Positions 46,224 to 56,626 are shown, counted from the stretch's first letter. The stretch is DNA of 64,000 nt from an uncultured Alphaproteobacteria bacterium (GCA_963762575.1 CAVXLL010000014.1:235811-299810), one strand, 5' to 3'. Made by a program: numbers and translations. The notes: generated from the sequence alone by a model not told the origin.

Positions 46224-46953
46224 GCCGATAAGATGTATAGTCGCAGGCTGGTTGGTCAGCGCCGACAGCAAGTCATCCAAGAGGGGGATAGCGGTGACCG
46301 TGCGGGGCATTCAGAGGTCCCGCAACGTGAGGGGAACAACGGCGATCCTTCGAGGCATTCAGAGGTCCAACAACGTGAGGGGGACAACAGCGAACTGCAA
46401 GGTCCCGCCGCAACTTGCCGAGCCACAACTCGGCGAACCGCCCGGGCCCACGGTTTGGGGCAAAGTGAAATGGTACAATGCTGTTAAGAGGTACGGCTTT
46501 GTCGAGCTCTCGGACGGGTCCGGCGATGCTTTCCTCCATGCTTCTGCGCTTGCCGGCATAAGCGTCGACGCCCTCCAACCAGGCGTGACGATCGAGTTCC
46601 GGACAGCTTCTGCGCAGCGGGGTGTTCAGGTGACGGAAGTCATAAGCATAGATAGCAGCACCGCAGCCCCGCCCAGACCGCCACGAAAGAGTTCACGATC
46701 GCCATTAGACCGACAGCCCTTGGAGGCCAGCGTCCAAGAGATGGGGACGGTGAAGTGGTACAACATCGCCAAGGGGTTCGGTTTCATTGTTCGGGACGGC
46801 GGCGGGAAGGACATCTTCGTACACGTCTCCGCGCTTGACCGGGCGGGCATCACGGGTTTGAACGAGGGCCAGCGCGTCTTTGTCGGTGTAGCCGAGGGGC
46901 AAAAAGGACCAGAAGCCGCCTCGATCCCAAGTGGCCTAGTGGATCCTGGGTAA
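46210..46953 (+). CDS. Tandem cold-shock-domain protein (two CSDs); start uncertain
   Basis: CSD1 GKVKWYNAVKRYGFVELSDGSGDAFLHASAL. CSD2 GTVKWYNIAKGFGFIVRDGGGKDIFVHVSAL. The ATG at 46210 overlaps the SLATT-like gene end by 14 nt; later starts are possible. Confidence 0.8.
   Translation: MLPNKPIRCIVAGWLVSADSKSSKRGIAVTVRGIQRSRNVRGTTAILRGIQRSNNVRGTTANCKVPPQLAEPQLGEPPGPTVWGKVKWYNAVKRYGFVELSDGSGDAFLHASALAGISVDALQPGVTIEFRTASAQRGVQVTEVISIDSSTAAPPRPPRKSSRSPLDRQPLEASVQEMGTVKWYNIAKGFGFIVRDGGGKDIFVHVSALDRAGITGLNEGQRVFVGVAEGQKGPEAASIPSGLVDPG
46306..46401 (+). repeat. 48-bp tandem duplication (2 units) in the 5' part of the CSD gene
   Basis: GGCATTCAGAGGTCCCGCAACGTGAGGGGAACAACGGCGATCCTTCGA / GGCATTCAGAGGTCCAACAACGTGAGGGGGACAACAGCGAACTGCAAG. 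Encodes RGIQRS(R/N)NVRGTTA twice. Confidence 0.9.
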
Positions 46954-46996
46954 TGATCTCCCCTGATGAGATCAGCAGGAGCCAGGGGTAAGGCGC

Positions 46997-48007
46997 ATGC
47001 GCAAGTTCTTCGGGCCGATGGGTTCCGTCAGCCGCATCAACCGTCGAGAGCGAAGCCCTCAAGAGCAATATGCTGGGGGATCCGTCGGTGCGCGTCGTCG
47101 ATGTATACGTCCCGGCTGGGCATGACGGACAAGGATTGCCGCTGCTGGTGGATCTTGTCGGCTTCACCGGCAGCGGCCTGTCCCACACGAATTGGGTCGG
47201 CTTCCGCGAGAACCTGCCGGAACGGCTCGACCGGCTGATCGGCGAACAGCGCATGCCGCCTGTCGTCGTCGCCTTTCCCGATTGCTTCACCCGGCTCGGC
47301 GGCAACCAGTACATCAACTCGGCTTCGATGGGTGCTTGGGAGGACTTCCTGCTGCACGAGATGCTGCCGGCAATCGAGCAGCGCTTCGGGTGTGGCGGTG
47401 CCGGGCGCCGCGGCGTGTTCGGCAAGAGCTCCGGCGGCGTATGGCGCCATTACGCACGCGCTGCGCCACTCCGACATCTGGTCGGCCGCGGCCTGTCATT
47501 CCGGCGATATGGGCTTCGAGTTGTGCTATCTGCCCGACATGCCGGCGGTGCTGCGCGCACTCGCCGGCGCCGAGAACTCGATCGAGCGCTGGTGGCAGCA
47601 GCTCGAAGCAGCCAAAAAGCATCCGGAGGGTTCCTTCAAGGTGATCAACGCGCTGGCGATGGCGGCCAGCTACGATCCCGATCCCACGCAGTTCCTCGGG
47701 ATCCGGCTGCCGGTCACGCTTCGACACCTGCGAGGTCATCGAGGAACGCTGGGCGAATTGGTTGCGGCAAGATCCGGTCGTCGCGATCGAAACCCAGGCG
47801 GACAATCTCCGCCGGCTGAAGGCGCTCTACATCGACTGCGGCGAGAAGGATCAGTTCAATCTGCTCTACGGCGCCCGCAGGTTCGTGCGGCGGCTGAACG
47901 AGCTCGGCATCGCGCATCGCTACGAGGAGTTCCCCGACAACCATAGCGGTGTCGATTACCGGATGGACGAGAGCTTGCCTTTTCTCGCGCAGGCGCTGTC
48001 CGGCTGA
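46997..48007 (+). pseudogene. Esterase (putative esterase / enterochelin-esterase-like fold), about 3 frameshifts
   Basis: Coding signal passes through frames starting at 46997, 47070, 47332 and 47762: VRVVDVYVPAG..LLVDLVGFTGSG..GVFGKSSGG | YGAITHALRHSDIWSAAACHSGD | ..ALYIDCGEKDQFNLLYGARRFVRRL..FPDNHSG. Confidence 0.75.
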
Positions 48008-48039
48008 TCTGTAGGGTTAAAGGCGTTCCCTTGCCGCCC

Positions 48040-48190
48040 TGGGGGTGCGGGGGCTTCTCGGATACGATCGGCCGTGTTGTCATGACCGGGCGCGACGATC
48101 TGTGCGACCTCGCACTCGAGATGCGCCTTGGCCTCTGCGATGCGAAACGGTCGTACCTTCGCCGACGGCGCTGGCCACGTCCGCGAGCGC
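48040..48190 (-). pseudogene. Flavin reductase-like fragment (weak call)
   Basis: My own translation: ..PAPSAKVRPFRIAEAKAHLECEVAQIVAPGHDN.. resembles the C-terminal part of FMN-binding split-barrel flavin reductases. Broken by a stop upstream. Confidence 0.3.
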
Positions 48191-48504
48191 TCCTATCCAG
48201 GGTACAGCTACATTGCGTCGGTGTGGAGGAACGGCCGCGTCGACCCAAGACTGCTCGACCCGGTGTGCCGTTTATCGGGCTCTGGTATATGCCGGCGCTG
48301 GGCGATTGGTGGCGCGGGCGCCGGCAATGAAAAACATCGAGCACATCGGGATGGACGCGATGCCCGGAAGCAGCGGCGATAACGCTTCTTCCGGCTCGCC
48401 GAACCAGGATCAAGCCCGCTTACGCCGCCGCGGAGCACTGGTGGGGCGCTCGGCGGCATCCTCGGTCTTGCGTTTGCGCCCGCCGCTGACGGGCAGCAGC
48501 AAGG

Positions 48505-48621
48505 CCGAGGGCCGAACGGGCTTTCGTTGGTGTTGAGCTTCACCAGATTGGCGATGCGCGGCTGCTCGCCGGGCACATAGGGCGAAAGCCAGCGCGATCC
48601 ATCCGCGAGTTGGTCGGACAT
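48505..48621 (-). pseudogene. hisC: Histidinol-phosphate aminotransferase, 5' fragment
   Basis: [38 protein letters not shown] matches the HisC N-terminus (YVPGEQP...KLNTNENP). Homology ends after about 38 codons. Confidence 0.6.
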
Positions 48622-48659
48622 TCGGTTTTACGCCGCAGTGAAATCGCGGCCAGCGCCGG

Positions 48660-48830
48660 ATTCCCTGATCGGGCGAAAAAATTCCCTGATGGCCCGAATT
48701 AATTCCCTGCAAGGCCGAATTAAATTCCCTGTTCCGATGCGTAGGGAATTGGGTCGTAACCCATTGAATTCGGCTATCCCTCTCGAGCCAATAGTCGCAC
48801 TTGAGAGGCCTAGACGAACAAAATTCCCTG
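48660..48830. repeat. Phased AATTCCCTG repeat array
   Basis: ATTCCCTG at 48660, 48681, 48702 and 48724 (spacing 21, 21, 22). Inverted TAGGGAAT at 48742. Direct copy at 48823. A further inverted CAGGGAAT lies at 50845, just beyond the IS. Confidence 0.85.
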
Positions 48831-48841
48831 TATTTTCCCAG

Positions 48842-50844
48842 CTAGCCGAACTTCGCCGATTGGAGCACTTTTAAGCGCCTAAGTGTCTGAGATCGCTGAG
48901 GTGGACCCCCGAAGGTCGGCACTACAGCGAGGTGGGTGGCGTCGGCGGGATGGCGGTGATTTTAGGTGGTGGTTGGGCGGGAAGCTCCAGTTTCAGCTTA
49001 TTCAGCAAGAGGCTAAGATCGGGTTCGGGCTCGGTATAGCGGGTGAGCAACAGCTCGCGGCCGTCGGTGGTCGGCAGGTGCACATCGATCATCTGCACGG
49101 CGGCGAACTTTTCCAGCACGCTGCGCGGCGTCAGCCCGGGCGCCAGCGCATGCAAGCGCCGCGCAAGAGTGACGTGCAGGCAATAGGCCAGGAAGGCGAT
49201 GAAGACGTGCGCCTCAACGCGTGCCTCAATCTGGTGAAAGACCGGCCGGATCGCCAGGTCGCCCTTGAGGTTCTTGAACGCCTCTTCGACCGCCACCAGC
49301 AGCAGATAATGGCTCCACAGCTTGGCGGGGTCTTCCTCGACGAGGTTGGTGCGCAACAGATACCGGCCTTCGCGCGATCGTGCCTGCCGCAGCTTATTGC
49401 GATCGAGCCGAAGCTGAAGGTGGCGCGTCTGCGGCCACCTCGATGGTGACCAGGCGCCGGCGGCGTGGACTGATCGCGCTGGCGCCGAGTTCATCGAGCA
49501 GTTCGTCGCGCCCAGCGCCATTGCCGACCGCCTGAGCCGGGCCCACAGCCGCTTCAGCTGCCGCCGCCGCATCGCACGCTCTTTGGCGACGCGGTCGCGG
49601 CTCTGGGCGAGGACATAGAGTTCTCCCTCTTGCGCCAACAGCTTGACCTGCACGCCGGGTCGCGCCTCTTGCCACGGCTGGGCAATCAGATGCTTCTCCA
49701 AACGCGTCAAGCGACCCTTCGGCGTGCCCACCAGGTAATGCACCGGCGGGTCGGCCGCGCGCATTTCGGCGAGCACCTCTTCGGTCGGCACGCCGCGGTC
49801 CATCAGCCAGACGCGGCGCGCCTTGCCGTATTGTCGCTCGATGCGTCGAGAAACCCCCGCAATGTCGTCTTGTCCGCAGTGTTGCCGGCCATCACCTCAT
49901 AGGCCAGCGGCAGGCCTTCGGGCGTCACCACCAGGGCAATGACGATCTGCACACAATCGGGTCGATGATCGCGCGAGTACCCAAAGCGGCGCTTGTCGCC
50001 TTCCGGGAACGGGGATCGCCTCGAAATAGGTGCTCGTCAGATCGTAGAGCAGCACGTCGTAGCTGATGTTGAACAGATCGCGCCACCGTCCCACCAGGTG
50101 ATCGAAGACCGCTTGCTTGTGCGCGAGCAGTCGGTCGTGACAACGATACAGCTTGTGGATCTCGGCCAACCCGGCATCCTCGCCCAGGAGATCGGCCACG
50201 GCGCTGCGCTGAAACCACTCGCGGTGCAGGCGCCATTCGCTGCCCGGCGCCAGCAGGCGATAGGCGACCAGCACGAACAGGACCTGATCCCAGCGCGTCC
50301 CCTTGCGGCTCACCCCCAGCCGCTTCGACCAGAACTGATCGAGCTGCAGCTCACGCCACAGCATCAACGCCAGCCAGCACGCACCCCACTGCCGTGGCCG
50401 GCGCAACTGCAACTGCGACAGCTTGACGTGGACGATCGAGGTGTCCGCCAGCACTCCTGCGCCGCGGTCTTCCGGAAACAGCGACAGCGTCCGCGGTTGC
50501 GTGGCGCCTTCCTCGAGCACCTCGATTGAGCGCCGCCACGCCAACTCCTGCGTGTCGTTGATCTCGCCCAGGTACAGCACGTGCCGCTGCACCACGCGCC
50601 CCCTGGCGGTCCGCGTGTTCTCGACAACGCTCCAATAGCGATGTTGCTTGCCATCCTTCCGGCGAACTTTGCAGCGCAAGAACATGATGGCCGGCGATTA
50701 TCGGCACATTGGCGGCCGAGAGAATAGACTTGGTCGGCACTACAGCCGATTTTCGGTGTTTTGGCCCGCCGCGCTCCTTGTCGTTCAATGACTTGCCCGG
50801 CGAAAATTCCGGAACGGCGGGTCGAATCGGCGAAGTTAGGCTAG
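48842..50844 (-). mobile_element. IS1634/IS4-like insertion sequence, decayed inverted copy
   Basis: Near-identical at nucleotide level to 32460-34476 in reverse orientation, with the same terminal IRs. Carries several indels. Confidence 0.87.
48922..50685 (-). pseudogene. IS1634/IS4-family transposase, multiple frameshifts
   Basis: Split into ORFs 49897-50685 (N-terminal 262 aa, diverging after TSTYFEA) and 48922-49803 (C-terminal part with an out-of-frame internal stretch). Confidence 0.87.
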
Positions 50845-50864
50845 CAGGGAATTTGGGCTTCAGA

Positions 50865-50913
50865 GACGGGTTCGCTCGAGACTGCCTCCTCCAGCGAAGA
50901 GTTCAGGAGCGAA
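50865..50913 (+). repeat. TLH repeat copy (CCUCCUCC-loop variant)
   Basis: GACGGGTTCGCTCGAGACTGCCTCCTCCAGCGAAGAGTTCAGGAGCGAAC. Closely resembles the copy at 38388. Confidence 0.7.
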
Positions 50914-50916
50914 CTC

Positions 50917-51027
50917 GATTTCGAGGACCTCGCCAAGATGACAACCGCGCTCCTCGACCGTCTCACGCATCATTGCGAAATCATCGAAACCGGCAACGAG
51001 AGCTGGCGCTTCAAACACCGCGACTGA
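50917..51027 (+). pseudogene. IS21-family IstB helper, extreme C-terminal fragment
   Basis: [35 protein letters not shown]-stop matches the conserved IstB C-terminus (..LDRL.HH...+...G.S+R.K). Confidence 0.7.
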
Positions 51028-51168
51028 GTGCCACCCCGGCTTGCCCCCGGTGGGCAAACAGGCACCTCCCACGCCCCGGTGGACCGTTGAGCGGCAACGC
51101 CAGTATCGCATATAATTCGCCAATGCCTGCTCATTGTCCGGCGGCAATCCCCACAGTGAGAGGTTTCA

Positions 51169-52013
51169 ATGTTTAAGCCTGATCTCCTGGCCGAAAAGGC
51201 CGGCGCAATCCTCTTTGAGAAAATCGAGCAACGCTTAGAATCCCTCCTCGCGGAACACGGGGTTTCGGAGCCAGGCGAGCTTGCTCCCACTCAGATGAAC
51301 GAGGTGTTTCAGCGGGCAATCGTCGAAGCCGCGGGGTGTTTTCCGACTGCAAACCTCGAGCAGTTGGCCCACGGCTTCCGCTCGTTTGTTCATCCGGCCT
51401 TCATGCCTGCGTGGGACCGGGTCAAGTTGGCTACGGCGGTGGGCAGGGATCCCTTCGCGTTCAGCAGCGGTGTGGATGCTGCCGTCCTGCTCGCTGGCTT
51501 CGGTCTCGCGGTTGCTCCTTTCGATTTTCAGCACGGCAGCCTTGAAGAGCCGACGAACACGTCGACACCGTGCTTGCGATGTTCTCTCGTCGGCCAGACG
51601 CGTTAGTCGGATATGATACGTGCGGAGCGCCGTTTTACGTGCTGCTGACGGATTGCGTAAGGACGCTGGTAAAACTACTGGGCACCCACGCCAATCTCAT
51701 CGACATCAGAAGACTGTTTGCGCGAAATGGGGGCTCACTACCGCCCGACCCTGGGAAAGGGTTCGTACCGGGGATGGTAATATTCGCACGTGAGCCGAGC
51801 GACATGATCTCGACCATCCTGCTGCATGATCGGAAACCCGATGTGGGCTCACTGATGTTGCACGCGGGGTGGCGGGTTGAAGAACAGGCGTATGGAGCTC
51901 CGTACGATGGGTACTTTCCCGTCCCGGTGTCACTGCTCCGTGCCGTCGCCTACGAACCCGCCGTCGCCTCCGCGATCTGCCGCCGCGTCACACCACCGCC
52001 CCGGATGCACTGA
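51169..52013 (+). pseudogene. Hypothetical protein, apparent frameshift near 51560
   Basis: ORFs 51169-51606 and 51570-52013 overlap in different frames and together make about 280 aa of non-shadow sequence. No family recognised. Confidence 0.4.
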
Positions 52014-52036
52014 CCGCTGCATTCGGACACGACGGA

Positions 52037-53341
52037 TCAGCTAATGGGAGGCCTCGGGTTGAAGTACGACGAAGGTGCGCGCTCCGCCCGGGGCCTTTCC
52101 AAAGTTTCCGCGGGTTTTGCCCATCCAAACACCGAGCGCCCACCATAGGTATGTGAAAGCCGCTGTTCTTGTGTGATCAGCTCCTCGACCGGAGGACCCG
52201 AAGCGCACCGCTCGAGGAGCCGAGCCTGCCCATCGAGGCGCTTTAGCGCTCCCAGCGCCTCCTCTCGCCCGAGCTTCGCGGCGTGAACCGCGGACTTCAG
52301 CACGCGTATCGTCTCGTCGTAGACACGCAGCGGCACGGGGAAGGGATGCCTGTCCTTTCCCCCGTGCGCGAACGAAAATCGAGCCGGGTCGGTGAAACGA
52401 TAAGGGGCTCCGTGCACGACCTCGGCAACCATAGCCAAAGCTTGCACGGTGCGCGGGCCCACGCTGGGAGTTAGCAGCAGCTCCGGGAAGTCCCTCGGCC
52501 CCCGGTCGGCTGCCGCCGCCAAGTTTCCGTATAGCCGCTTCCCCACTATGTCGCCCGGGCGAACATCGTGATGAGCGGGCAGATCGAGATGTGGAAGCAG
52601 CGGCTCTCCCCCGAAATCGCGCCTAGCATAAGAAGGGATTATTTTCGACAGCTCGCGACCGATGCCGTCCGGGCCCAGCGTGCCGAGGAGCTCGAGCTGG
52701 CCGCGGCGAGACAGTTCCGCGCGGTGGTCGGTCAGGTTCACGATCTCGCCCTGCCCTGGACCTTCGATCGCAGCATGCGGCTCATCGACAAAACTCTTCA
52801 ATCCCTCGGAGAGCCAGTGGTAGCGGCGAGCCTGCTTGAGATCGCCGTTCATCCCTTGTTGTACAACGACCCAGTGGCCGTCGTCGGTAACGATAAAGCT
52901 GTGCAGATACAGCTGGAACCCGTCCTGCACAGCGGCACTGTCGACCTTCGCTACCAAGCGGCTGGCTGTGGCGAGTGCTGCCCCATCGAAACCTACCCGC
53001 TCCCCGATCTCGACCACCTCGTGAGGGGTTTGCCGTGAATACCTGCCACGTCCGCCGCAGACATGGATCCCGAGTTCCTGCTCCAACGGAGCCAGCCCGC
53101 GCTTCAACGCGCCGATGACGCTCGTGGTGATACCGGAGGAATGCCAGTCCATACCCATAACGGCGCCGAACGATTGGAACCAGAACGGGTGAGCGAGACG
53201 GCGCAGCAATTCGTCACGGTCGTAATGATGGACTATCGCCTCGCTGATCACCGCCCCGAGGCGAGTCATGCGGTCGGCGAGCCACTTGGGTACCTGTCCT
53301 CCATGCAGCGGTAAGTTGGCGGTTCCAGCTCTCTGAGCCAT
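52037..53341 (-). CDS. DUF763 family protein
   Basis: 434 aa. N-terminus LPLHGGQVPKWLADRMTRLGAVISEAIVHHYDRDELLRRLAHPFWFQSFGAVMGMDWHSSGITTSVIGALKRG is what I recall as the DUF763 signature region. Confidence 0.8.
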   Translation of the reverse strand: MAQRAGTANLPLHGGQVPKWLADRMTRLGAVISEAIVHHYDRDELLRRLAHPFWFQSFGAVMGMDWHSSGITTSVIGALKRGLAPLEQELGIHVCGGRGRYSRQTPHEVVEIGERVGFDGAALATASRLVAKVDSAAVQDGFQLYLHSFIVTDDGHWVVVQQGMNGDLKQARRYHWLSEGLKSFVDEPHAAIEGPGQGEIVNLTDHRAELSRRGQLELLGTLGPDGIGRELSKIIPSYARRDFGGEPLLPHLDLPAHHDVRPGDIVGKRLYGNLAAAADRGPRDFPELLLTPSVGPRTVQALAMVAEVVHGAPYRFTDPARFSFAHGGKDRHPFPVPLRVYDETIRVLKSAVHAAKLGREEALGALKRLDGQARLLERCASGPPVEELITQEQRLSHTYGGRSVFGWAKPAETLERPRAERAPSSYFNPRPPIS

Positions 53342-53514
53342 CGGTCGAAAAATCTCCTGAATTTCGAGCCGCGATGATTTCCACGTATCTGGCTACCTTT
53401 ATCCCTACGAAACAAGGGGATCCAAGGACGATCGCAAAGGCGATTAGGAGGAACGAGCGGTTTCCGCGGGTGTATCCCAGGCGTATCTTTGGGGCTGAGA
53501 CCGGGAGAAGGGCG

Positions 53515-54418
53515 ATGGCACTCCGCGACATCTTGGTTTGTATCGATGGCACCGCTGCCGGCGACGTCCGGTTCGAGCTGGCACTGAATCTGGCGCAGAC
53601 CAGCAGGGCGCATCTGACAAATGTTTATGCCTTGCCGGAGCCCCGCGGCTTTCCCACGCCACCGGCGGGAGTGGGCCTGCCTCCGACTGTCCTCGGACCA
53701 GTTTCGCCGGAGGGCGCCAGGGCCATGGAGGGACAGCCGATAAGTGCAGCCGCGCCCGTTGTGGAGATCGTACGCGAAGCCGAGCGGGCCGACACCGTCG
53801 AGGAGCGATTCCGCGAGGAGCTAAAAGTGCGCGGGCTCGATGGCGAATGGCACATTGTCGATCACACCGGCGAGGCGGAAGTGATTGAGCTGGCCGAAAC
53901 GGCAGATCTGGTAATCCTCGGGCAATATCCCGGGGATGAGTTCGGACGGCGTGACCTGGCTCCGGCCGGATCATGTCGTCACCGCCGCCGGAAGGCCGGT
54001 TCTCGTCGTCCCTTATGCCGGCACCTTCGCGCGCGTCGGCATACGGGTGCTCGTCGCCTGGGACGGAACGCGCGAGGCCAACCGGGCGCTTCATGACGCG
54101 CTGCCGCTCATCGGCGATGCTGAGGCGGTCACGGTGATCTATGTCGGAACACGGGAGGCCGATCTGGACCGCGCGCGCACCCGGCTCGAAGGCGTCGTCC
54201 AGCACCTGCAGCGGCACGGGGTCATGGCGCACCCCGAAGAAAGCCCGCGCAATGGCATCTCGATTTCCGATGCGCTGTTGTCGCGCGCCGCCGATCTGGG
54301 TGCCGACATGATAGTGGCAGGGGCTTACCACCACTCGCACCTGCGCGAGACGTTGCTCGGCGGGGTGAGCCGTGACTTGCTCGATCACATAACCGTACCG
54401 GTGTTGATGTCGCACTGA
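53515..54418 (+). pseudogene. Tandem universal stress protein (UspA), one frameshift near 53945
   Basis: Domain 1 MALRDILVCIDGTAAGDVRFELAL..ADLVILGQYPGDEFG (frame 53374-54096). Domain 2 VLVAWDGTREANRAL..DMIVAGAYHHSHLRETLLGGVSRDLLDHITVPVLMSH (frame 53936-54418). Confidence 0.75.
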
Positions 54419-54491
54419 ATTTCAGTTGGCCTAATGTGATGGGCTACGGTTTGTAGATATCGGGGGTAACGGAAAAATCGGGGAGGTTGGC

Positions 54492-56087
54492 GTGAAAGGA
54501 TTGGGCCGAATATTTGCAGCCAGCGCCGCGTTCGTCCTGGGACTCTATACTTTCCGGGGGGCACTCGCGCAAAAGCAGGGCGGCATCCTGCGAGTGTTTC
54601 ACCGCGACAGCCCCGCTAGCATGTCGATCCTTGAGGAGGGCAGCATCTCGGCAATCATGCCGATGATGGGGGTCTTCAATAACCTCGTCCTGTTTGAGCA
54701 ACACGTGCCGCAGAACCGAGTTGAATCAATCGTGCCCGATCTTGCGACCAGCTGGAGCTCGAACGAAGAAGGGACGGAGCTCACGTTCACGCTGCGGGAC
54801 GGCGTGAAATGGCACGACGGCAAGCCGTTCACCTCAGCCGACGTCAAGTGCACCTACGATTTGCTGACCGGAAAGGCCAAGGAGAAGCTTCGCCTGAACT
54901 ACCGCGAGGCCTGGTTTTTGAACCTCAACGAGGTGACGACAAACGGTGACCGCGAACTCACGTTTCATCTGAAGCGGCCGCAGCCGGCCTTGATCTCCCT
55001 GCTCGCCTCAGGATATTCGCCGATCTATCCGTGCCACATCTCGGCGCGGGACATGCGCACTCACCCGATTGGCACGGGACCCTTCAAATTCGTCGAATAC
55101 AAACCCAACCAGTCGATCAAAGTCGCGCGGAACCCCGATTATTGGAAACCGGGCAGGCCGTACCTGGATGGCATCGAGTACACAATCATAGCCAACCGCT
55201 CGACCGCGATCCTCGCATTCGTCGCCGGAAAGTTCGACATGCCGTTTCCGTACGAGGTATCGATTCCGCTCGTAAAGCAGGTGAAGAGCCAAGCGCCACA
55301 GGCGATCTGCGAAGTAAAACCAATGAACGGCCGGGCCAACCTGCTCGTCAACCCCGCGCCGCCATTCGACAACCCTGTGCTGCGCCGCGCCATGCAGCTG
55401 AGTTTAGACCGAAAATCGTTCATCGACATTCTCGGCGAGGGGCAATATGACGTCGGCGGGGTGCTGCAGCCGCCACCGGAGGGCATCTGGGGCATGCCCA
55501 AGGAGATGCTGGAGCAGCTGACGGGATATGGGTCGGATGTAAAGAAGAACCGGGAAGAAGCCCGCACCCTGATGCGTTCGCTCGGTTATGGCCCGGACAA
55601 TCGGCTGAAGGTGAAAGTCTCCTCCCGCAATATTGCATGGTATCGCGATCCGGCGGCTATCCTGATCGACCAGCTGAAGGAAATCTGGATCGATGGCGAG
55701 CTCGATGCGGTCGAGACCGCAAACTGGGTCCCAAAGCTGATGCGCAAAGACTTCACCGTCGCAATGAGCCTTTCCGGCAGCGCCGTCGACGATCCAGACA
55801 CGCAGCTTTACGAAAACTACTCATGCCGCTCGTCCCGCAACTACACCGGCTGCAACCCGGAGGTCGATGCGCTGATCGAGCAGCAATCGGCAGAAACGAA
55901 CCCAGACAAGCGTAAGGAGCTGGTCTGGCAAATCGAGCGCAAGCTGGTTGAGGACGCGGTCCGCCCGATCATCTTCTTCATGCGCCAGGGCACGTGCTGG
56001 CAGCCCGAGGTGAAGGGGCTGACGTTGATGGAGAACAGCATTTTCAACAGCTGGCGGATGGAGGACGTCTGGCTCGACAAGCAGTGA
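54492..56087 (+). CDS. ABC transporter substrate-binding protein, family 5 (peptide/nickel type)
   Basis: 531 aa with a signal peptide MKGLGRIFAASAAFVLGLYTFRGALA. Motifs LATSWSSNEEGTELTFTLRDGVKWHDGKPFTSADV and GTGPFKFVEYKPNQSIKVARNPDYW. Confidence 0.9.
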   Translation: MKGLGRIFAASAAFVLGLYTFRGALAQKQGGILRVFHRDSPASMSILEEGSISAIMPMMGVFNNLVLFEQHVPQNRVESIVPDLATSWSSNEEGTELTFTLRDGVKWHDGKPFTSADVKCTYDLLTGKAKEKLRLNYREAWFLNLNEVTTNGDRELTFHLKRPQPALISLLASGYSPIYPCHISARDMRTHPIGTGPFKFVEYKPNQSIKVARNPDYWKPGRPYLDGIEYTIIANRSTAILAFVAGKFDMPFPYEVSIPLVKQVKSQAPQAICEVKPMNGRANLLVNPAPPFDNPVLRRAMQLSLDRKSFIDILGEGQYDVGGVLQPPPEGIWGMPKEMLEQLTGYGSDVKKNREEARTLMRSLGYGPDNRLKVKVSSRNIAWYRDPAAILIDQLKEIWIDGELDAVETANWVPKLMRKDFTVAMSLSGSAVDDPDTQLYENYSCRSSRNYTGCNPEVDALIEQQSAETNPDKRKELVWQIERKLVEDAVRPIIFFMRQGTCWQPEVKGLTLMENSIFNSWRMEDVWLDKQ

Positions 56088-56193
56088 AAAGAACGCCCCG
56101 GAGCCATTACCCCCATCAAGATCGACCTCCGCCCCCGTTTGGCCGCAAGCGGGTCTCATGGCGGCTGGGTCGAGCTGATCCCGAGGCAGCACG

Positions 56194-56626
56194 ATGAAGA
56201 AGGAGCCTATCTTGGATACGCCGAAATTTCACGAAATCTGGGTTGAGCAGTGCGAAGCTGCTGAGGGTATCAAACGGCGCTACGGAACGAAGGCGGCGTT
56301 CGATTACCTCGTCGCAGAAAAATTGTTCAATTTCGCTGATGCCGCGAACTCACATCCTGCTTTCGCGAGACAGCTTCCTCGATTTGTCGCCCGTGTTAGG
56401 GACTTGTTTACAGTTGAGGAAATGCGGAGCACACCTCAACCGTATTGAACGCGAGCAGCGAGAAAACGACGCCTCCATCGAGGAGCGCGATGACTGCGCT
56501 GACGAGGACGAGCATCAGAAGGAGCACGCGCTAGGCCTCGAAAGCTCTACAGTAACGGCGGAGCGCGCTCGGCAATTCGCTTCTATCGCAGAATTATTAA
56601 CCGCTGCGGGGCTAGGGACGTCGTGA
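56194..56626 (+). pseudogene. Hypothetical protein, apparent frameshift near 56425
   Basis: ORF 56194-56448 (MKKEPILDTPKFHEIWVEQCEAAEGIKRRYG..) continues in frame 56243-56626 (..HLNRIEREQRENDASIEERDD..). Confidence 0.4.

Noticed and set aside
48660-48830. AATTCCCTG array (and the 48-bp duplication at 46306-46401) as a CRISPR array.
   Set aside because: The repeat core is only 8-9 bp with 21-22-bp periodicity, the 46306 repeat has two units and lies in coding sequence, and there are no cas genes.
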